Assembly (NCBI GenBank): GCA_047632435.1
Contig: JBLICU010000005.1
Span: 15-64,014 of the forward strand
Length of the DNA stretch: 64,000 bases
Source: Cyclobacteriaceae bacterium
GTDB taxonomy: Bacteria; Bacteroidota; Bacteroidia; Cytophagales; Cyclobacteriaceae
Direction of reading: 5' to 3'
The position numbers and the translations under genes were made by a program. Under the pieces are notes generated by a model, which ran no database searches, was not told the origin of the DNA, and worked only from the letters and a program-made list of their open reading frames with translations. Shown here one piece after another: positions 50,972 through 61,656 of the stretch; the first letter of the stretch is position 1; every line of letters starts with the position of its first letter.

Positions 50972-51076
50972 ATTAACGTTCGGCGTTACTAACTTTATAA
51001 ATAACTAGAAGTTTTGATTTCTTGAAACCAATTGCTTTTATACCAAAATACCACCCAACAATTCAGTAAAATCGAC

Positions 51077-51964
51077 TTATCCGCCCGTAAAATATTCCGG
51101 CGATTTGAATAGTTTATCGTAAACCGACTTATCATTGAATATTTCAGCTTCATTGAAACTTGAATTCAACACACCTTCAGCAAATGATTTCACGGTAATG
51201 TCATCGCTACCATTTAAATGAATGATCATCTCTTTATCCGATTCACCAACTGTACCATCTTCAAATTTCTTACTGGTGATGATTCCGAGTCCATTCAGAT
51301 ATTGGGCAACATTGGCTGAATCAGCGGCAACTCCAGCCATGGACCACTTACCATTTGACCCCTTCAACAAGGTATAAGTGCCTGCTGCATAATTGAAATC
51401 GATCGAGTTGATTGAGTCCTTTTTCAATCTCACAATTTGATTGTTTCGATAATCAGCAGCTGTTTTGCCAATACTCATCGCCATGAAATTGTTTGCTACA
51501 TAAGTATCTTCGTCCTCCTCCAACCTCACATAAGAGTAGTAGGAACGCTGACCTTCTACACCAAATCTGCCAAGAATTAAATCCAGGGCCTCATCAGAGC
51601 CTTCGTAGATTTGAACTCTGGTTCCAGTAGAATCTACTTGAAAATCCTGCCATGAAGTCTTTGAGCGTGAAGCAAGTCGCGAAGGCTTGATGGTATTGAG
51701 ACTGTTGAGCATGGAGCGAACTGAAGCGGACATTGCATTTTTATCTTCATTTACAATCCACGCGCCTTCTTTTTTAGCCAATACTGTATTTATTCCACCG
51801 CTGGATATTTCCACTCTGGTCACACGTGCAGTGTCTATATCCACCAGCACTTCTCTGTAGGATTTGCTTCTCGCACCTCCAGAAGTAAGTTTCACGATGG
51901 CATATCCACCAGCCAAAACACCAAGAATAAGTAAAAGCTTTATTGTTGTATTTCCTTTTAACAT
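51077..51964 (-). CDS. DUF4340 domain protein
   Basis: N-terminal anchor. Lies directly downstream of the GldG-like gene, the usual context for DUF4340. Confidence 0.75.
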   Translation of the reverse strand: MLKGNTTIKLLLILGVLAGGYAIVKLTSGGARSKSYREVLVDIDTARVTRVEISSGGINTVLAKKEGAWIVNEDKNAMSASVRSMLNSLNTIKPSRLASRSKTSWQDFQVDSTGTRVQIYEGSDEALDLILGRFGVEGQRSYYSYVRLEEDEDTYVANNFMAMSIGKTAADYRNNQIVRLKKDSINSIDFNYAAGTYTLLKGSNGKWSMAGVAADSANVAQYLNGLGIITSKKFEDGTVGESDKEMIIHLNGSDDITVKSFAEGVLNSSFNEAEIFNDKSVYDKLFKSPEYFTGG

Positions 51965-51975
51965 AGCTCTAAATT

Positions 51976-53481
51976 TTAGTTGTAGTTACCCTGCATCCAT
52001 CTTTGACGCCTTTTGTTATTTATTTGCATTCTCACCAGAGCATAAATCAATAGCAACAATACTGGAGCCAACACATTACCCCACTTCAATATCAATTTCG
52101 TGCTGTCTTCCACTTGTTCCAATGGTCTAGAGGTAATGCCTTTGGTTCTAAGGTCAATCAGACCAGTGTCATCTGCAATCCAATCAATGCTGTTAGCAGC
52201 TAGATTCACATTGTCCTGGCTCAATTGCTGTGGTTTTTGGCCTTCACCATTTACAATAAAAGCTCCATTGGTGATCAGCGTGAGTCTAGACAGACCTTTT
52301 TCCAAACCGGCTGCCATAATCTGCTGGCCGGCATTAAAATCACTATCCTTCCATTTCTTCTGGACATCTATGTATGTGGGTGGGTTCACCAATCCTGATT
52401 TCTCAGATGAATAAATCAGTGGGACAAAAGATGAAGCCGTGTCAGCTGCTGTAAAAGTAATATTACTCGCAAATGGTAACATCAGAGACTCCAAACCATT
52501 GGTGATAGCATGATCTTCAAAATCTGAAACCTGAGGAAAATAAGGGAACATCACCTGACTATTGATTGTGAAGAAGCCCTGTCGCTGCTGCACATTCACA
52601 TTGGCGCATGAAGCATCAATCACAAAATTATCACCAATTGATAGACCTCTTTTTGCTAACCACCTCTTCATACCGACATCAGTGGTCTTAGAAAGCAGTC
52701 CTTTCTGCAAGTCGCCTTCTACATTGGAGTAAGCGATAAACATCCCTCCGCCATTGTTCAAATACTTGTCAAATTTCGCGAAATCACCAGCATCTACTGT
52801 ATCAGTTGGGTTGACCCAAATCAATGATCGATAATAGCCTGGCACTACAGAAGTATCCCTAATGTTGAGGGGTTCTACATCATAAAGCACCGAAAGTTGC
52901 TCCATCAACTGACCCATGGCCTGTGGAGTAGGTTCACCATAACCTTGAATTACTCCAAGTTTAGGTTTGTCCGTGATGGCGATTTTTTTGATCGCGGTTG
53001 TGAGCGAATATTCCAAACCAGCTCCGGGTTGGATCAATGGTATGATTTCCGTTCGGTCTTCCATCTTTAGCACTGCTCCCATATATGCTCTGAGTTGCTG
53101 TACCTGATCTCGTTCCTGAACATTGACCATTACCGGACCTATGCCTTGTTGCTGTGCTTCTTTCTCCATCTCCTCGCTTTCGTTTGGATTGATAAATTCA
53201 AAAACCACATTTCCACCTGAACGATTTTCATATTCAACGAGCTGATCTTTGAAATCCTGTTTGCTTTTCAAAAGCTGGGCAGGTAAGTCTTCTGAGAAAT
53301 ATGCTTTGATCGTGATGACACCATCCAATTCGTTAAGCACATCTTTTGTTGCTTTACTAAATGTGTATCTATTGTCTTCCGTAAAATCCAACCTGAAATA
53401 CAGGCTGTTTGATATCAAATTGGCTACCAGAATAATGGCCAAAACGATTACCAATTGTAGTATGATATTCTTTTTGTTCAT
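51976..53481 (-). CDS. GldG-family ABC accessory protein
   Basis: FRLDFTEDNRYTFS, FEFINP, EYSLTTAI and LIDLRTK..T.RPL. ATG 53481. Confidence 0.85.
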   Translation of the reverse strand: MNKKNIILQLVIVLAIILVANLISNSLYFRLDFTEDNRYTFSKATKDVLNELDGVITIKAYFSEDLPAQLLKSKQDFKDQLVEYENRSGGNVVFEFINPNESEEMEKEAQQQGIGPVMVNVQERDQVQQLRAYMGAVLKMEDRTEIIPLIQPGAGLEYSLTTAIKKIAITDKPKLGVIQGYGEPTPQAMGQLMEQLSVLYDVEPLNIRDTSVVPGYYRSLIWVNPTDTVDAGDFAKFDKYLNNGGGMFIAYSNVEGDLQKGLLSKTTDVGMKRWLAKRGLSIGDNFVIDASCANVNVQQRQGFFTINSQVMFPYFPQVSDFEDHAITNGLESLMLPFASNITFTAADTASSFVPLIYSSEKSGLVNPPTYIDVQKKWKDSDFNAGQQIMAAGLEKGLSRLTLITNGAFIVNGEGQKPQQLSQDNVNLAANSIDWIADDTGLIDLRTKGITSRPLEQVEDSTKLILKWGNVLAPVLLLLIYALVRMQINNKRRQRWMQGNYN

Positions 53482-53492
53482 TGCTCTATAAT

Positions 53493-54218
53493 TTATGATT
53501 GCCAATTTCTTTTTGAAAGCATGATTTGCGATAGCAAAGTGCCCAATACGATGATTGAAAGGAAGTATACCAAATCACGGCTATCCACAACTCCTCGACT
53601 GATTGATTCGAAATGAACGCTCATGCTTAGGTAGTTGAGTATTTCCCCTGTGACACCTCTGATGGTACTGCCCAGGACATCAAAAAGCAGTTGGAACATT
53701 ATGCCTATAGCCAGCGCAAATAGAAATGCCACAATCTGGTTTTGAGTAATACTGCTCGCGAAGAGTCCGATACTGATATAGCTCGCTGATAAAAGCAACA
53801 AACCAAAGTATCCGCCGATCACGGCTCCATCATCAATATTTCCCAATTGGCTAATGGTGATGTAGTAGGGCAAAGTGGTCAATAAAGCCACTCCTACCAA
53901 AATCAGACAAGCCAGAAATTTTCCCCATACAATCTGGCGATCGGAAATGGCTTTGGTTATCAAAAGCTCAATCGTTCCTGCTCTGTTTTCTTCAGCTATC
54001 ATCCTCATCGTGATAGCGGGAATGAAAAAGAACAAAGACCAAAAAGCAATGCTAAAAAACACCTGCATGGTGGCCTGGCCAATAAAAAACACGTTGGTAT
54101 TAGCCAACCATGTAAATATGCCGCTCAACAATAGAAACAATGTGATCAGCACATAGGCGATGAGCGAGTCAAAAAATGACGCTAATTCTCTTCTTGTTAT
54201 TATCCAAATTTTACCCAT
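53493..54218 (-). CDS. GldF-like ABC-2 permease
   Basis: RRELASFF.S.IAY, PAITMR.IAEE...GTIELL.T and SRGVVDSRD. Confidence 0.87.
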   Translation of the reverse strand: MGKIWIITRRELASFFDSLIAYVLITLFLLLSGIFTWLANTNVFFIGQATMQVFFSIAFWSLFFFIPAITMRMIAEENRAGTIELLITKAISDRQIVWGKFLACLILVGVALLTTLPYYITISQLGNIDDGAVIGGYFGLLLLSASYISIGLFASSITQNQIVAFLFALAIGIMFQLLFDVLGSTIRGVTGEILNYLSMSVHFESISRGVVDSRDLVYFLSIIVLGTLLSQIMLSKRNWQS

Positions 54219-54225
54219 CTCTCTA

Positions 54226-55149
54226 TTATTTAGTTAGTTTTTGGAATACATCTTCCAGCCTGGTTTCCATCCCAGTCATTTCCATCAAATACCATTTATT
54301 CTTTACGCAAAGGTCAAAAACCTCTTTTCTTGAGGACATTTCAGGCTTGCTCTGCACATTGAACCAACCATACTTTCCATCAACTCCAGTGACCTTTTCT
54401 ACAGAACCAAGTGCCCGAACAGCACTTTCAACTTTGGCAGGATCTGCTTCAATATTGATTCTCAATAGTTCCTGACCCTGCGATTGTGATCGCAAAGTAT
54501 CTGAAGTTCCATCAGCCACTATGCGTCCACGATTGATGATCAAAATGCGATCACAGGTGGCCTCTACTTCTGATAAAATATGTGAGCTTAGAATAACTGT
54601 TTTCTCCTTACCGAGATCTTTGATCAGTTTACGGATTTCCACTATCTGATTGGGATCCAATCCGGTGGTCGGTTCATCCAAAATCAGAACTTCCGGATGG
54701 TGGATCATCGCTTGTGCCAAACCAACCCTTTGCCTGTATCCCTTGGATAGCTCGTTGATGTTTTTGTGTTTTTCTCTATCTAATCCACACTTTTCGATCA
54801 TTTCGCCAATTCGTGTGGAAATCAATTTTCTATCAACACCCTGAACTTCCGCTGAAAATCTGAGATAATCAACAATGGGCATATCCAGATACAGCGGATT
54901 GTTTTCAGGTAGATAACCGATTTTCTTTTTTATCAACTCAGGATCGCTATGGATTGAGTTCCCGTCAAGTCTCACATCACCTGATGAAGGAGCCATAAAG
55001 CAGGTTATAATCTTCATGGTGGTGCTTTTACCCGCACCATTTGGCCCAAGAAAACCAACAACCTCCCCTGTCTTCACCTCAAATGATATGTCATTAACCG
55101 CTTTTTGCTCACCGAATTTCTTGGTAAGATTTTCTACTATTATTGACAT
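54226..55149 (-). CDS. GldA-like ABC ATP-binding protein
   Basis: GPNGAGKSTT, LSKGYRQRVG and ILDEPTTGLDPNQ. Confidence 0.9.
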   Translation of the reverse strand: MSIIVENLTKKFGEQKAVNDISFEVKTGEVVGFLGPNGAGKSTTMKIITCFMAPSSGDVRLDGNSIHSDPELIKKKIGYLPENNPLYLDMPIVDYLRFSAEVQGVDRKLISTRIGEMIEKCGLDREKHKNINELSKGYRQRVGLAQAMIHHPEVLILDEPTTGLDPNQIVEIRKLIKDLGKEKTVILSSHILSEVEATCDRILIINRGRIVADGTSDTLRSQSQGQELLRINIEADPAKVESAVRALGSVEKVTGVDGKYGWFNVQSKPEMSSRKEVFDLCVKNKWYLMEMTGMETRLEDVFQKLTK

Positions 55150-55394
55150 AGTGTTTTTGATTAATAAGTTGTTCGAGGGCGCAATAATACACGTCTCCTA
55201 ATACATTTTCAAGAATTAGGTGGTGTTAAAAAAAGTTAAACAATTATAAATGACATTTAAGCCATCATTTAAAGACAAATCGCTGATTAATTATCCATGA
55301 AACATACTTATGATTCCTCTCAAATGAGAAACTGATATCACTCATATAATTGATCTTCCAAGCACTATAATTTTATGCCTAAACTAAAAATAGA

Positions 55395-56249
55395 ATGCCT
55401 TCACATTCCATTATCCCTTTTTCGCTGGAGCGAAAGCAGATTACTGACTTCCTTGCGATAGCCAAAGCAAAACATACTGCCTATGCAGTGCTTGAACTGG
55501 ACATTACAGGTATTAGAAACAATCTTCGTAGTGCGAGCAGAAAATCGAAAAAAGCAACATCGCTCACCGGTTATCTGCTTTATTGCTTTGCGCAAGCAGT
55601 CAATGAGGATAAAATGATTCAGGCTTATAGAAAAGGGAACAAACTGATCATTTTTGACGATGTAGATGTTTCTACTATGGTTGAAAGAAACATAAACGGG
55701 GTGCTCGTTCCGGTAAGCTATGTCCTTAGAAAAGCGAACTACAAATCAGTATTTGAGATATCAGAGGAAATTAAAACTGCCAAGACTGGCACCTCGGATG
55801 ACCTAATGGATAGTGATAGCATGTCCAAAAAGAAAAAATTGATTGGCGTCATCAAGCGGATTGGTTTTCTGAGAAGATGGTTTTTAAAACGAATATTCAA
55901 CGACCCCTTTTTAAAAAAAGAATTTAATGGAACTGTTGGTTTTTCATCCATGGGCATGTTTAGCTATAATATGGCAGGATGGGTAGTCCCAATGACTCCT
56001 CAAGTTCTGACAGCTATGGTTGGTGGAGTCAGAGAAGTAGCTGGTATTGTACACGGAGAGATTGTAAAACAGGAAGTAGTAGATTTAACCATAGCTATGG
56101 ATCATGATATCCTGGATGGCGCGCAAACTGCACGGTTTATTGAACGCTTCAGAAAAATACTTTTGAATGGAATAGAAATTGATGAAACATGGGAAAAGAA
56201 CAAATGGGAATCAAAGGAGACATTGGAAATGAGCATGACATCAAAATAA
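55395..56249 (+). CDS. Stand-alone 2-oxoacid dehydrogenase E2-like acyltransferase catalytic domain
   Basis: GTVGFSSMG and DHDILDGA (DHxxxDG). No lipoyl or binding domains. Confidence 0.75.
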   Translation: MPSHSIIPFSLERKQITDFLAIAKAKHTAYAVLELDITGIRNNLRSASRKSKKATSLTGYLLYCFAQAVNEDKMIQAYRKGNKLIIFDDVDVSTMVERNINGVLVPVSYVLRKANYKSVFEISEEIKTAKTGTSDDLMDSDSMSKKKKLIGVIKRIGFLRRWFLKRIFNDPFLKKEFNGTVGFSSMGMFSYNMAGWVVPMTPQVLTAMVGGVREVAGIVHGEIVKQEVVDLTIAMDHDILDGAQTARFIERFRKILLNGIEIDETWEKNKWESKETLEMSMTSK

Positions 56250-56611
56250 TGGTGGACTCATTTTATGAAAAAGTGAATAAAGACGACTTGCTTTCGCCGA
56301 TATTCAACGATTTTTCAAAAGTAAATTGGGAAACGCATCTTCCACGTATGTACGCCTTTTGGAACAAAATGGCATTTGCAAAAAGTGGCTATGATGGGAA
56401 CCCCTTTCAAAAACATATTCCACTACCAATTGACGGGGCTCATTTCGAAAGATGGATTTCCATTTTTGTTGGGAACATGGATGAGCATTTCAGTGGGGGC
56501 GTGGCTGAAGACATTAAAATAAGAGCCCATTCCATTGCCTACATATTTAAATCTAAATTAAATATTATTAATAAAGATAAAAACCATGAAAACATCATCC
56601 CTGATAAATGA
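56204..56611 (+). CDS. Group III truncated haemoglobin
   Basis: DI....DI..MVDSFYEKV..D..L.PIF, W..HLPRM..FW, PF.KH, HF.RW...F and A..I. In-frame ATGs at 56189 and 56204. Confidence 0.87.
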   Translation: MGIKGDIGNEHDIKIMVDSFYEKVNKDDLLSPIFNDFSKVNWETHLPRMYAFWNKMAFAKSGYDGNPFQKHIPLPIDGAHFERWISIFVGNMDEHFSGGVAEDIKIRAHSIAYIFKSKLNIINKDKNHENIIPDK

Positions 56612-56927
56612 TCTAAAATACAATGAAGATAAACCAGTAATCTCAGTACTGTTCGAAACTGAAAACAGCAAAGAAATTCGTATCGCCATGCGGAAGGGGC
56701 AGTCTATGAAAGAGCACCAAACGCCTTTTCCCATCATCATTGAAATATTCGATGGTGAAATCAATTTCGGAGTAGCTGAAGATTTCAAAATCTTGAGAAA
56801 GGGCGACCTTATCTCCTTAGATGGAGGAATACCTCACAACTTAAAAGCCAATGTCAATAGCATTGTCCGACTAACGCTTTCGAAACAAGATAGTGCCAAA
56901 CGAGTATCACTGGTTGCTAAGAAGTGA
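56586..56927 (+). CDS. Cupin-domain protein
   Basis: MKEHQTP...IPHNLKA...VRLTLS cupin motifs. Confidence 0.8.
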   Translation: MKTSSLINDLKYNEDKPVISVLFETENSKEIRIAMRKGQSMKEHQTPFPIIIEIFDGEINFGVAEDFKILRKGDLISLDGGIPHNLKANVNSIVRLTLSKQDSAKRVSLVAKK

Positions 56928-58040
56928 ATCATCTAAACCAGGAATAATGCGCAAGGCATTCTGATAATAGACCTTTTTTAATATTTGATCAGAGAGGCCT
57001 AGTCCATACATTCTCCAAAAAGCGTGGTACTTTTTGTAGTATGGAAAATATTCGTCTTCAGTTTCAAGTACGCGGAAATAAGTATAAAACTCCTCGGGAT
57101 TGTAGGCATCTTTTGCAAAGAGAATTCGGTTCTGATACTTTTCGAAAAATAAGTTAGCAGCTCGTGGCTGTCGTCCCAACTCGGCGATCACAGCACCAAT
57201 CCCAACATTCACATTAAGGTATGAGTCTAGATGCTTGCCCAAAGCTGTCAGATCATTGGCCATCCAACCCATGTGTGCATTGATAAAAGTCGTTTTGGGA
57301 TGCTTTGCAAAAACATGATGCTGTTCTGCGATGATCTGTTCCCATGGTGCGGGATCATCGGCACTGCGTTTTCTACCGGATTTTAATTTTAACTCCAACC
57401 AGCGTTCATTTTTCTCATCGTGTGGATCCCAGAAAGGTTTTGGATCAGCCGCATGGATCAATACCGGAATTCCCAACTCACCACATTTTTCCCAAACTGG
57501 ATCAATTCGTGCATCATCTATTGGTACTCGATTTCCATCTATGTCATTGATTCCCAACCCAAGGCTTTTATAGATTTTCAATCCAACCGCACCATTTTTC
57601 ACATCTTCTTCCAGCTGCCTTACGGCTTCATCTGCCCAGCCTGGGTTGCCAATTTCCTTGAATGACACATTGGTAAACAAGGCAATTTTGCCAGATGCCT
57701 CCCCCTCTATTCGTTTCGCCATGGATGATAGATATTGTTGACTCCCTATATCTCCTACTGCACGGTCATATCCTCTCCCACTCAGGTTGACCATGATAGC
57801 CATATTGAGTTCTCTCATCTCCTTTTCAAGTTGATCAATTTTATCTTTGGTGAGGTTCCATTGATGACTATGCACATCAATAAATGGAAACTTTGCTTTG
57901 GTGATTCGATGCTCAGGAACAACTAGAGTGGAAATAGGCTCATAAAGCTCAAAATCCATGATTTGCTCTTTGTCGGAATCATTTTGTGAGTATACAAGCG
58001 TATATGATATGAAGAGCAAGAGAGGTAAAATGTATTTCAT
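56907..58040 (-). CDS. Secreted amidohydrolase-family protein (Amidohydro_2-like)
   Basis: Signal peptide, IDVHSH, LKIYK, VLIHAAD, AHMG and LFAKD metal ligands. Confidence 0.85.
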   Translation of the reverse strand: MKYILPLLLFISYTLVYSQNDSDKEQIMDFELYEPISTLVVPEHRITKAKFPFIDVHSHQWNLTKDKIDQLEKEMRELNMAIMVNLSGRGYDRAVGDIGSQQYLSSMAKRIEGEASGKIALFTNVSFKEIGNPGWADEAVRQLEEDVKNGAVGLKIYKSLGLGINDIDGNRVPIDDARIDPVWEKCGELGIPVLIHAADPKPFWDPHDEKNERWLELKLKSGRKRSADDPAPWEQIIAEQHHVFAKHPKTTFINAHMGWMANDLTALGKHLDSYLNVNVGIGAVIAELGRQPRAANLFFEKYQNRILFAKDAYNPEEFYTYFRVLETEDEYFPYYKKYHAFWRMYGLGLSDQILKKVYYQNALRIIPGLDDSLLSNQ

Positions 58041-58230
58041 AAATTAGGGATTTTGAGTAGTAATGGAAAGAAGCTGCAGCGGGTAATATTATGGCTATTT
58101 ACCTTAATTTCGGCTCTTCTAGCTCATTAGAGCGATTGTTAGTTTTACATGCCGACGATAAAAGTAAACCGATCCTAATCAAAAAGGTTCTCGATCATAC
58201 AGAAAGAAGTTCAAATATTCATTCTTTTGA

Positions 58231-60933
58231 TTATTGATTCTTACTTGACTCGAATCTCTCCTTGCTATGTTCTTTCATTTCACTGGGAGACTTCCCAAAC
58301 CGCTTTTTAAATAATTGACTGAAATGGGCCAGGTTTTCCATACCGCATTCGTAGGCTATTTCGGAGACAGTATTTTCTTTCGAAGACTCTAACAACAAAC
58401 GCGCTTTTTGCAGTCTTATTTCCCGAATATATGAAGCAGGAGGTTGACCTGTCACCAATTTTACCCGCCTATTAAAATTGCGCTCACTCACTGTAAAGTG
58501 ATAAGCCATATCCGTATTGGAAAGATTCCGATTCCTCAAATTTTCAATAATATAATTGTCCAACTCCAATTTGAAAGATTTTTGCTTTTCGATAGAAAGA
58601 TCAGGAATAATACTTCCTGCAAACTCTATCCTCTGTCTCGATATTTCAAGTAAGTTTTTTATCCTCACGCTAAGTTCATCCAGATCAAAAGGCTTGATGA
58701 TGTAGTCATCCACACCCAGGTTCAGCACTTTTACTTTGTCCTCACTTAATGTTCTTGCAGTAAGGAATATGATGGGGATATTGGCCCATTTGTTTTGTGC
58801 TTTAATTTGTTGTGCCAATTCATAACCATCCATTTCTGGCATCATATAATCTGTGAGGATCAGATCAGGAAGCAACGAATTATTAAGCTTTTTTAAGGCA
58901 CTTTCACCATCAGCCGCTTCCACTATATTATACTCCGTCAGTTTATCTGCCAGATAGCCCCGCATGTCAGCATGATCCTCCACAATCATGAGGGTGAGTT
59001 TAGACGCATCTATTAGGTTTTCAATATGCTCTTGGTTGTCTGTATCAGGGTCTTTTTGGATTGAATTTGGGAAACACAAGCTAAACGTTGAGCCCTTACC
59101 AAGCACACTTATGCAATTCACCATCCCTTCATGTAATTCCACAAATTCTTTGACTATGGAAAGACCAATTCCAGTGCCGATTTCAGGCTTGATGGTAGCC
59201 GATTGAAAGAAGCGATCAAAGATTCTTGGAAGCTCTTTTTTTGAGATTCCTCTCCCTTCGTCGCTGACTTCTACCCAGAGCTCGCACTCTTTTTCCATAA
59301 CTTTAATAAGAATATTTCCAGGCTCATCACTGTATTTGATAGCATTGGAAATCAGGTTGATCATTATTTTTTCAAACTTGTCCTGATCCACCATAGCCAT
59401 GGTGGAGTCATGCGCATGGGTAATAAAAATGGTTTGCCGCTTTTGCCGAGCAAAGGGATCTAAAGTCTCCTTGATATTTTTGATGACCTGTACCACATCC
59501 ATGGGCTGACGGATAATTCCCAACTCACCTTTGTCCAATTTGGCCAAGTCGAGCATCTCATTAACCAGCTGAAGTAGGTATTTGCCATTTTTCAGAGACA
59601 AATTCAATTCCTTTTTTACCTCATCAGATAATTCACCATTCTTGATTGTGTTTTCTAGCGGAGATAGGATCAGCGTAAGTGGTGTTCTTAGTTCGTGCGA
59701 TACATTATTAAAGAACTTGGTCTTTAGTATCTCAATTTGCTTCATTTGCTCCTTTTCTTCCCTCAATTTTTCTATGGTCACATCTCTTCTGATAGATTCG
59801 TCTTGCAACCGGAAATAGTTACGGAACAAGTTTAATGTGAAAAGAGTATCACGTAATATAAAACCTAGAAACACTGCGTTAGTTGTGACAAAGTGATGAA
59901 CAATAAAACCGCTTAAGGCTAATACCATAACCAAAGCTGCTAGAATAGATAATCCATTTGCTAGTATAAATATTTTACACTTCTGTGAGTCAATCCTCCA
60001 TGTGATAGCAACTGAATAGATAATGATAACTAAGCTTATAAGAAAATAGGAAGTAGAAATCCATGGAAAAAAATGACCATTTGAAATAAATATTGACGAA
60101 ATAACTAACGGAAAAATTGGAAAAACTAAAATGTAATGAATTGTCTTTGACGACTGATATACGTTTAGAAAATACGCTGTAAATAAGTTAAATGAATAGA
60201 TAATTAGTACAGCAATTATTAGTTCTGTATAATTCAATTCAATCGCTGACATGCCGATCATATCTACAAAAATTTGGGCATTAAAGTTGGATAAAAAGAT
60301 GCCTGTGAGAATGAAAAACGCATAGGAATATCCTGTCTTACTTGGTTTTAGGTAAATCAAGAAGAGATTGATCATCAAAATGATCAACTCCATTCCAGTC
60401 AATAATGTGTAAGTGGTAAGAATGTTTTTTGATTGATAACCAAGATCTTCTGCAGTACAAACTTCGATATGTGAGAGGGATCTATTATAAATCGAATTCC
60501 CTGTTTCGCTAATTAGTTTAATATAAATGGGGTCTTTAGTTTTTTCTATTTTAAGCACATGCCGATAGAATCCTCTCTTGTAGGAACGGTTTTCAAAATC
60601 TACTAATCTTCCTGTAATGGAAAATGGCTGTGTGCTTCCGCCAGAATAAGCTTCAATTCGATCAAAAAAATTGGAAAACAATAAATAATCCGCGCCCTTT
60701 AGTATACTCGGATCAATTTTAATCCAATAGAAATTGATAGTTGAAGACAGGTCCGCATAGTCTTCGAACTGAATTTCACCCTTTTCTTCTAAAGTAAATA
60801 GCTCCTCAAAAGACAAATTAGTAGTATCCGCATAGATTTTAAACTGATCATAGCTTAACCTTTCTCCGGCCTTAGCAGATAGAAATGAAATGAAGGTTGA
60901 TCCAATCAGGATAAGTCCAAAAATAGAGCGCAT
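58231..60933 (-). CDS. Hybrid sensor/regulator: periplasmic domain + 7TM (7TMR-DISM-like) + HisKA + HATPase + REC + AraC HTH
   Basis: Signal peptide, seven hydrophobic helices, SHELRTPLT, NLISNAIKY, intact REC (PDLILTDYMMPEMDG) and AraC C-terminus. Confidence 0.92.
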   Translation of the reverse strand: MRSIFGLILIGSTFISFLSAKAGERLSYDQFKIYADTTNLSFEELFTLEEKGEIQFEDYADLSSTINFYWIKIDPSILKGADYLLFSNFFDRIEAYSGGSTQPFSITGRLVDFENRSYKRGFYRHVLKIEKTKDPIYIKLISETGNSIYNRSLSHIEVCTAEDLGYQSKNILTTYTLLTGMELIILMINLFLIYLKPSKTGYSYAFFILTGIFLSNFNAQIFVDMIGMSAIELNYTELIIAVLIIYSFNLFTAYFLNVYQSSKTIHYILVFPIFPLVISSIFISNGHFFPWISTSYFLISLVIIIYSVAITWRIDSQKCKIFILANGLSILAALVMVLALSGFIVHHFVTTNAVFLGFILRDTLFTLNLFRNYFRLQDESIRRDVTIEKLREEKEQMKQIEILKTKFFNNVSHELRTPLTLILSPLENTIKNGELSDEVKKELNLSLKNGKYLLQLVNEMLDLAKLDKGELGIIRQPMDVVQVIKNIKETLDPFARQKRQTIFITHAHDSTMAMVDQDKFEKIMINLISNAIKYSDEPGNILIKVMEKECELWVEVSDEGRGISKKELPRIFDRFFQSATIKPEIGTGIGLSIVKEFVELHEGMVNCISVLGKGSTFSLCFPNSIQKDPDTDNQEHIENLIDASKLTLMIVEDHADMRGYLADKLTEYNIVEAADGESALKKLNNSLLPDLILTDYMMPEMDGYELAQQIKAQNKWANIPIIFLTARTLSEDKVKVLNLGVDDYIIKPFDLDELSVRIKNLLEISRQRIEFAGSIIPDLSIEKQKSFKLELDNYIIENLRNRNLSNTDMAYHFTVSERNFNRRVKLVTGQPPASYIREIRLQKARLLLESSKENTVSEIAYECGMENLAHFSQLFKKRFGKSPSEMKEHSKERFESSKNQ

Positions 60934-61136
60934 GATTAAAAATAGAGCTATTTCATTCCTCCAACAACCCGCTTGACTATTGGCGAAAGGTGAACTTAAT
61001 GATATTCAGACCAGTCAGAAAGTCTAAAACACCCCTTGCTATGAATTAGGGCCTAAAAAGACTCAAATTTTTCTTTTATAGCAAAAAATGGCATGTCGCA
61101 AATGAGATAAAGAATGTCAGGAATTTGATAGTGAAC
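60790..61136. repeat. Dispersed duplication, copy 1 (kinase 5' end + divergent promoter region)
   Basis: Aligns by eye with ~61870-62221 (offset 1090, then 1085 after a 5-nt indel). Example: AAACTGATCATAGCTTAACCTTTCTCCGGCCTTA is identical at 60841 and 61931. Confidence 0.9.
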
Positions 61137-61656
61137 CTCTACTAAACTTTTTTGTATTAACTCAAGGTCAGTATCAAGGCAATAACAATTGAAACAACAC
61201 TATGAGGAGAACTTCTCTCACATGATTGCGCGCCCACTGAAAAATCTGAAATGCAGAAATCATAAGTTTTGAACTCCCCGATTTACCTTTAAAGGCCAAT
61301 TTTACTTTCAAAATCAGATTGACCCAAGTGAAAATGGAGTTTCTGGGGGCTCATGATTTAAATGAGTCATGTGATAGATTCTAATTTTAGGAGAATGTCA
61401 ATATAATTAATCCACTAGCTCTTTACTCTTCAATATCTCTTTTAGGGTATTGGTCAAAATCATCCTTTTGCCAGATGCAATTCGGTAGTCAATTCGTCAA
61501 TTTTGAATTCAAATACGCACTAAACAGAATATATTCATCACCAGTAAGACAACAAATATGGTACTATTCGGACGCCTAGGCAGCATCGATAGTATCAAAT
61601 TATAATGTAATGAATGCAGTCAATGACATAAGCTTAAGCCGTAAAACTGTACACCA

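Noticed and set aside
58112-58134. tRNA-like 5' fragment GGCTCTTCTAGCTCATTAGAGCG
   Set aside because: The D-loop is too short, and there is no proper anticodon arm, T-loop or 3' acceptor strand. Probably chance.
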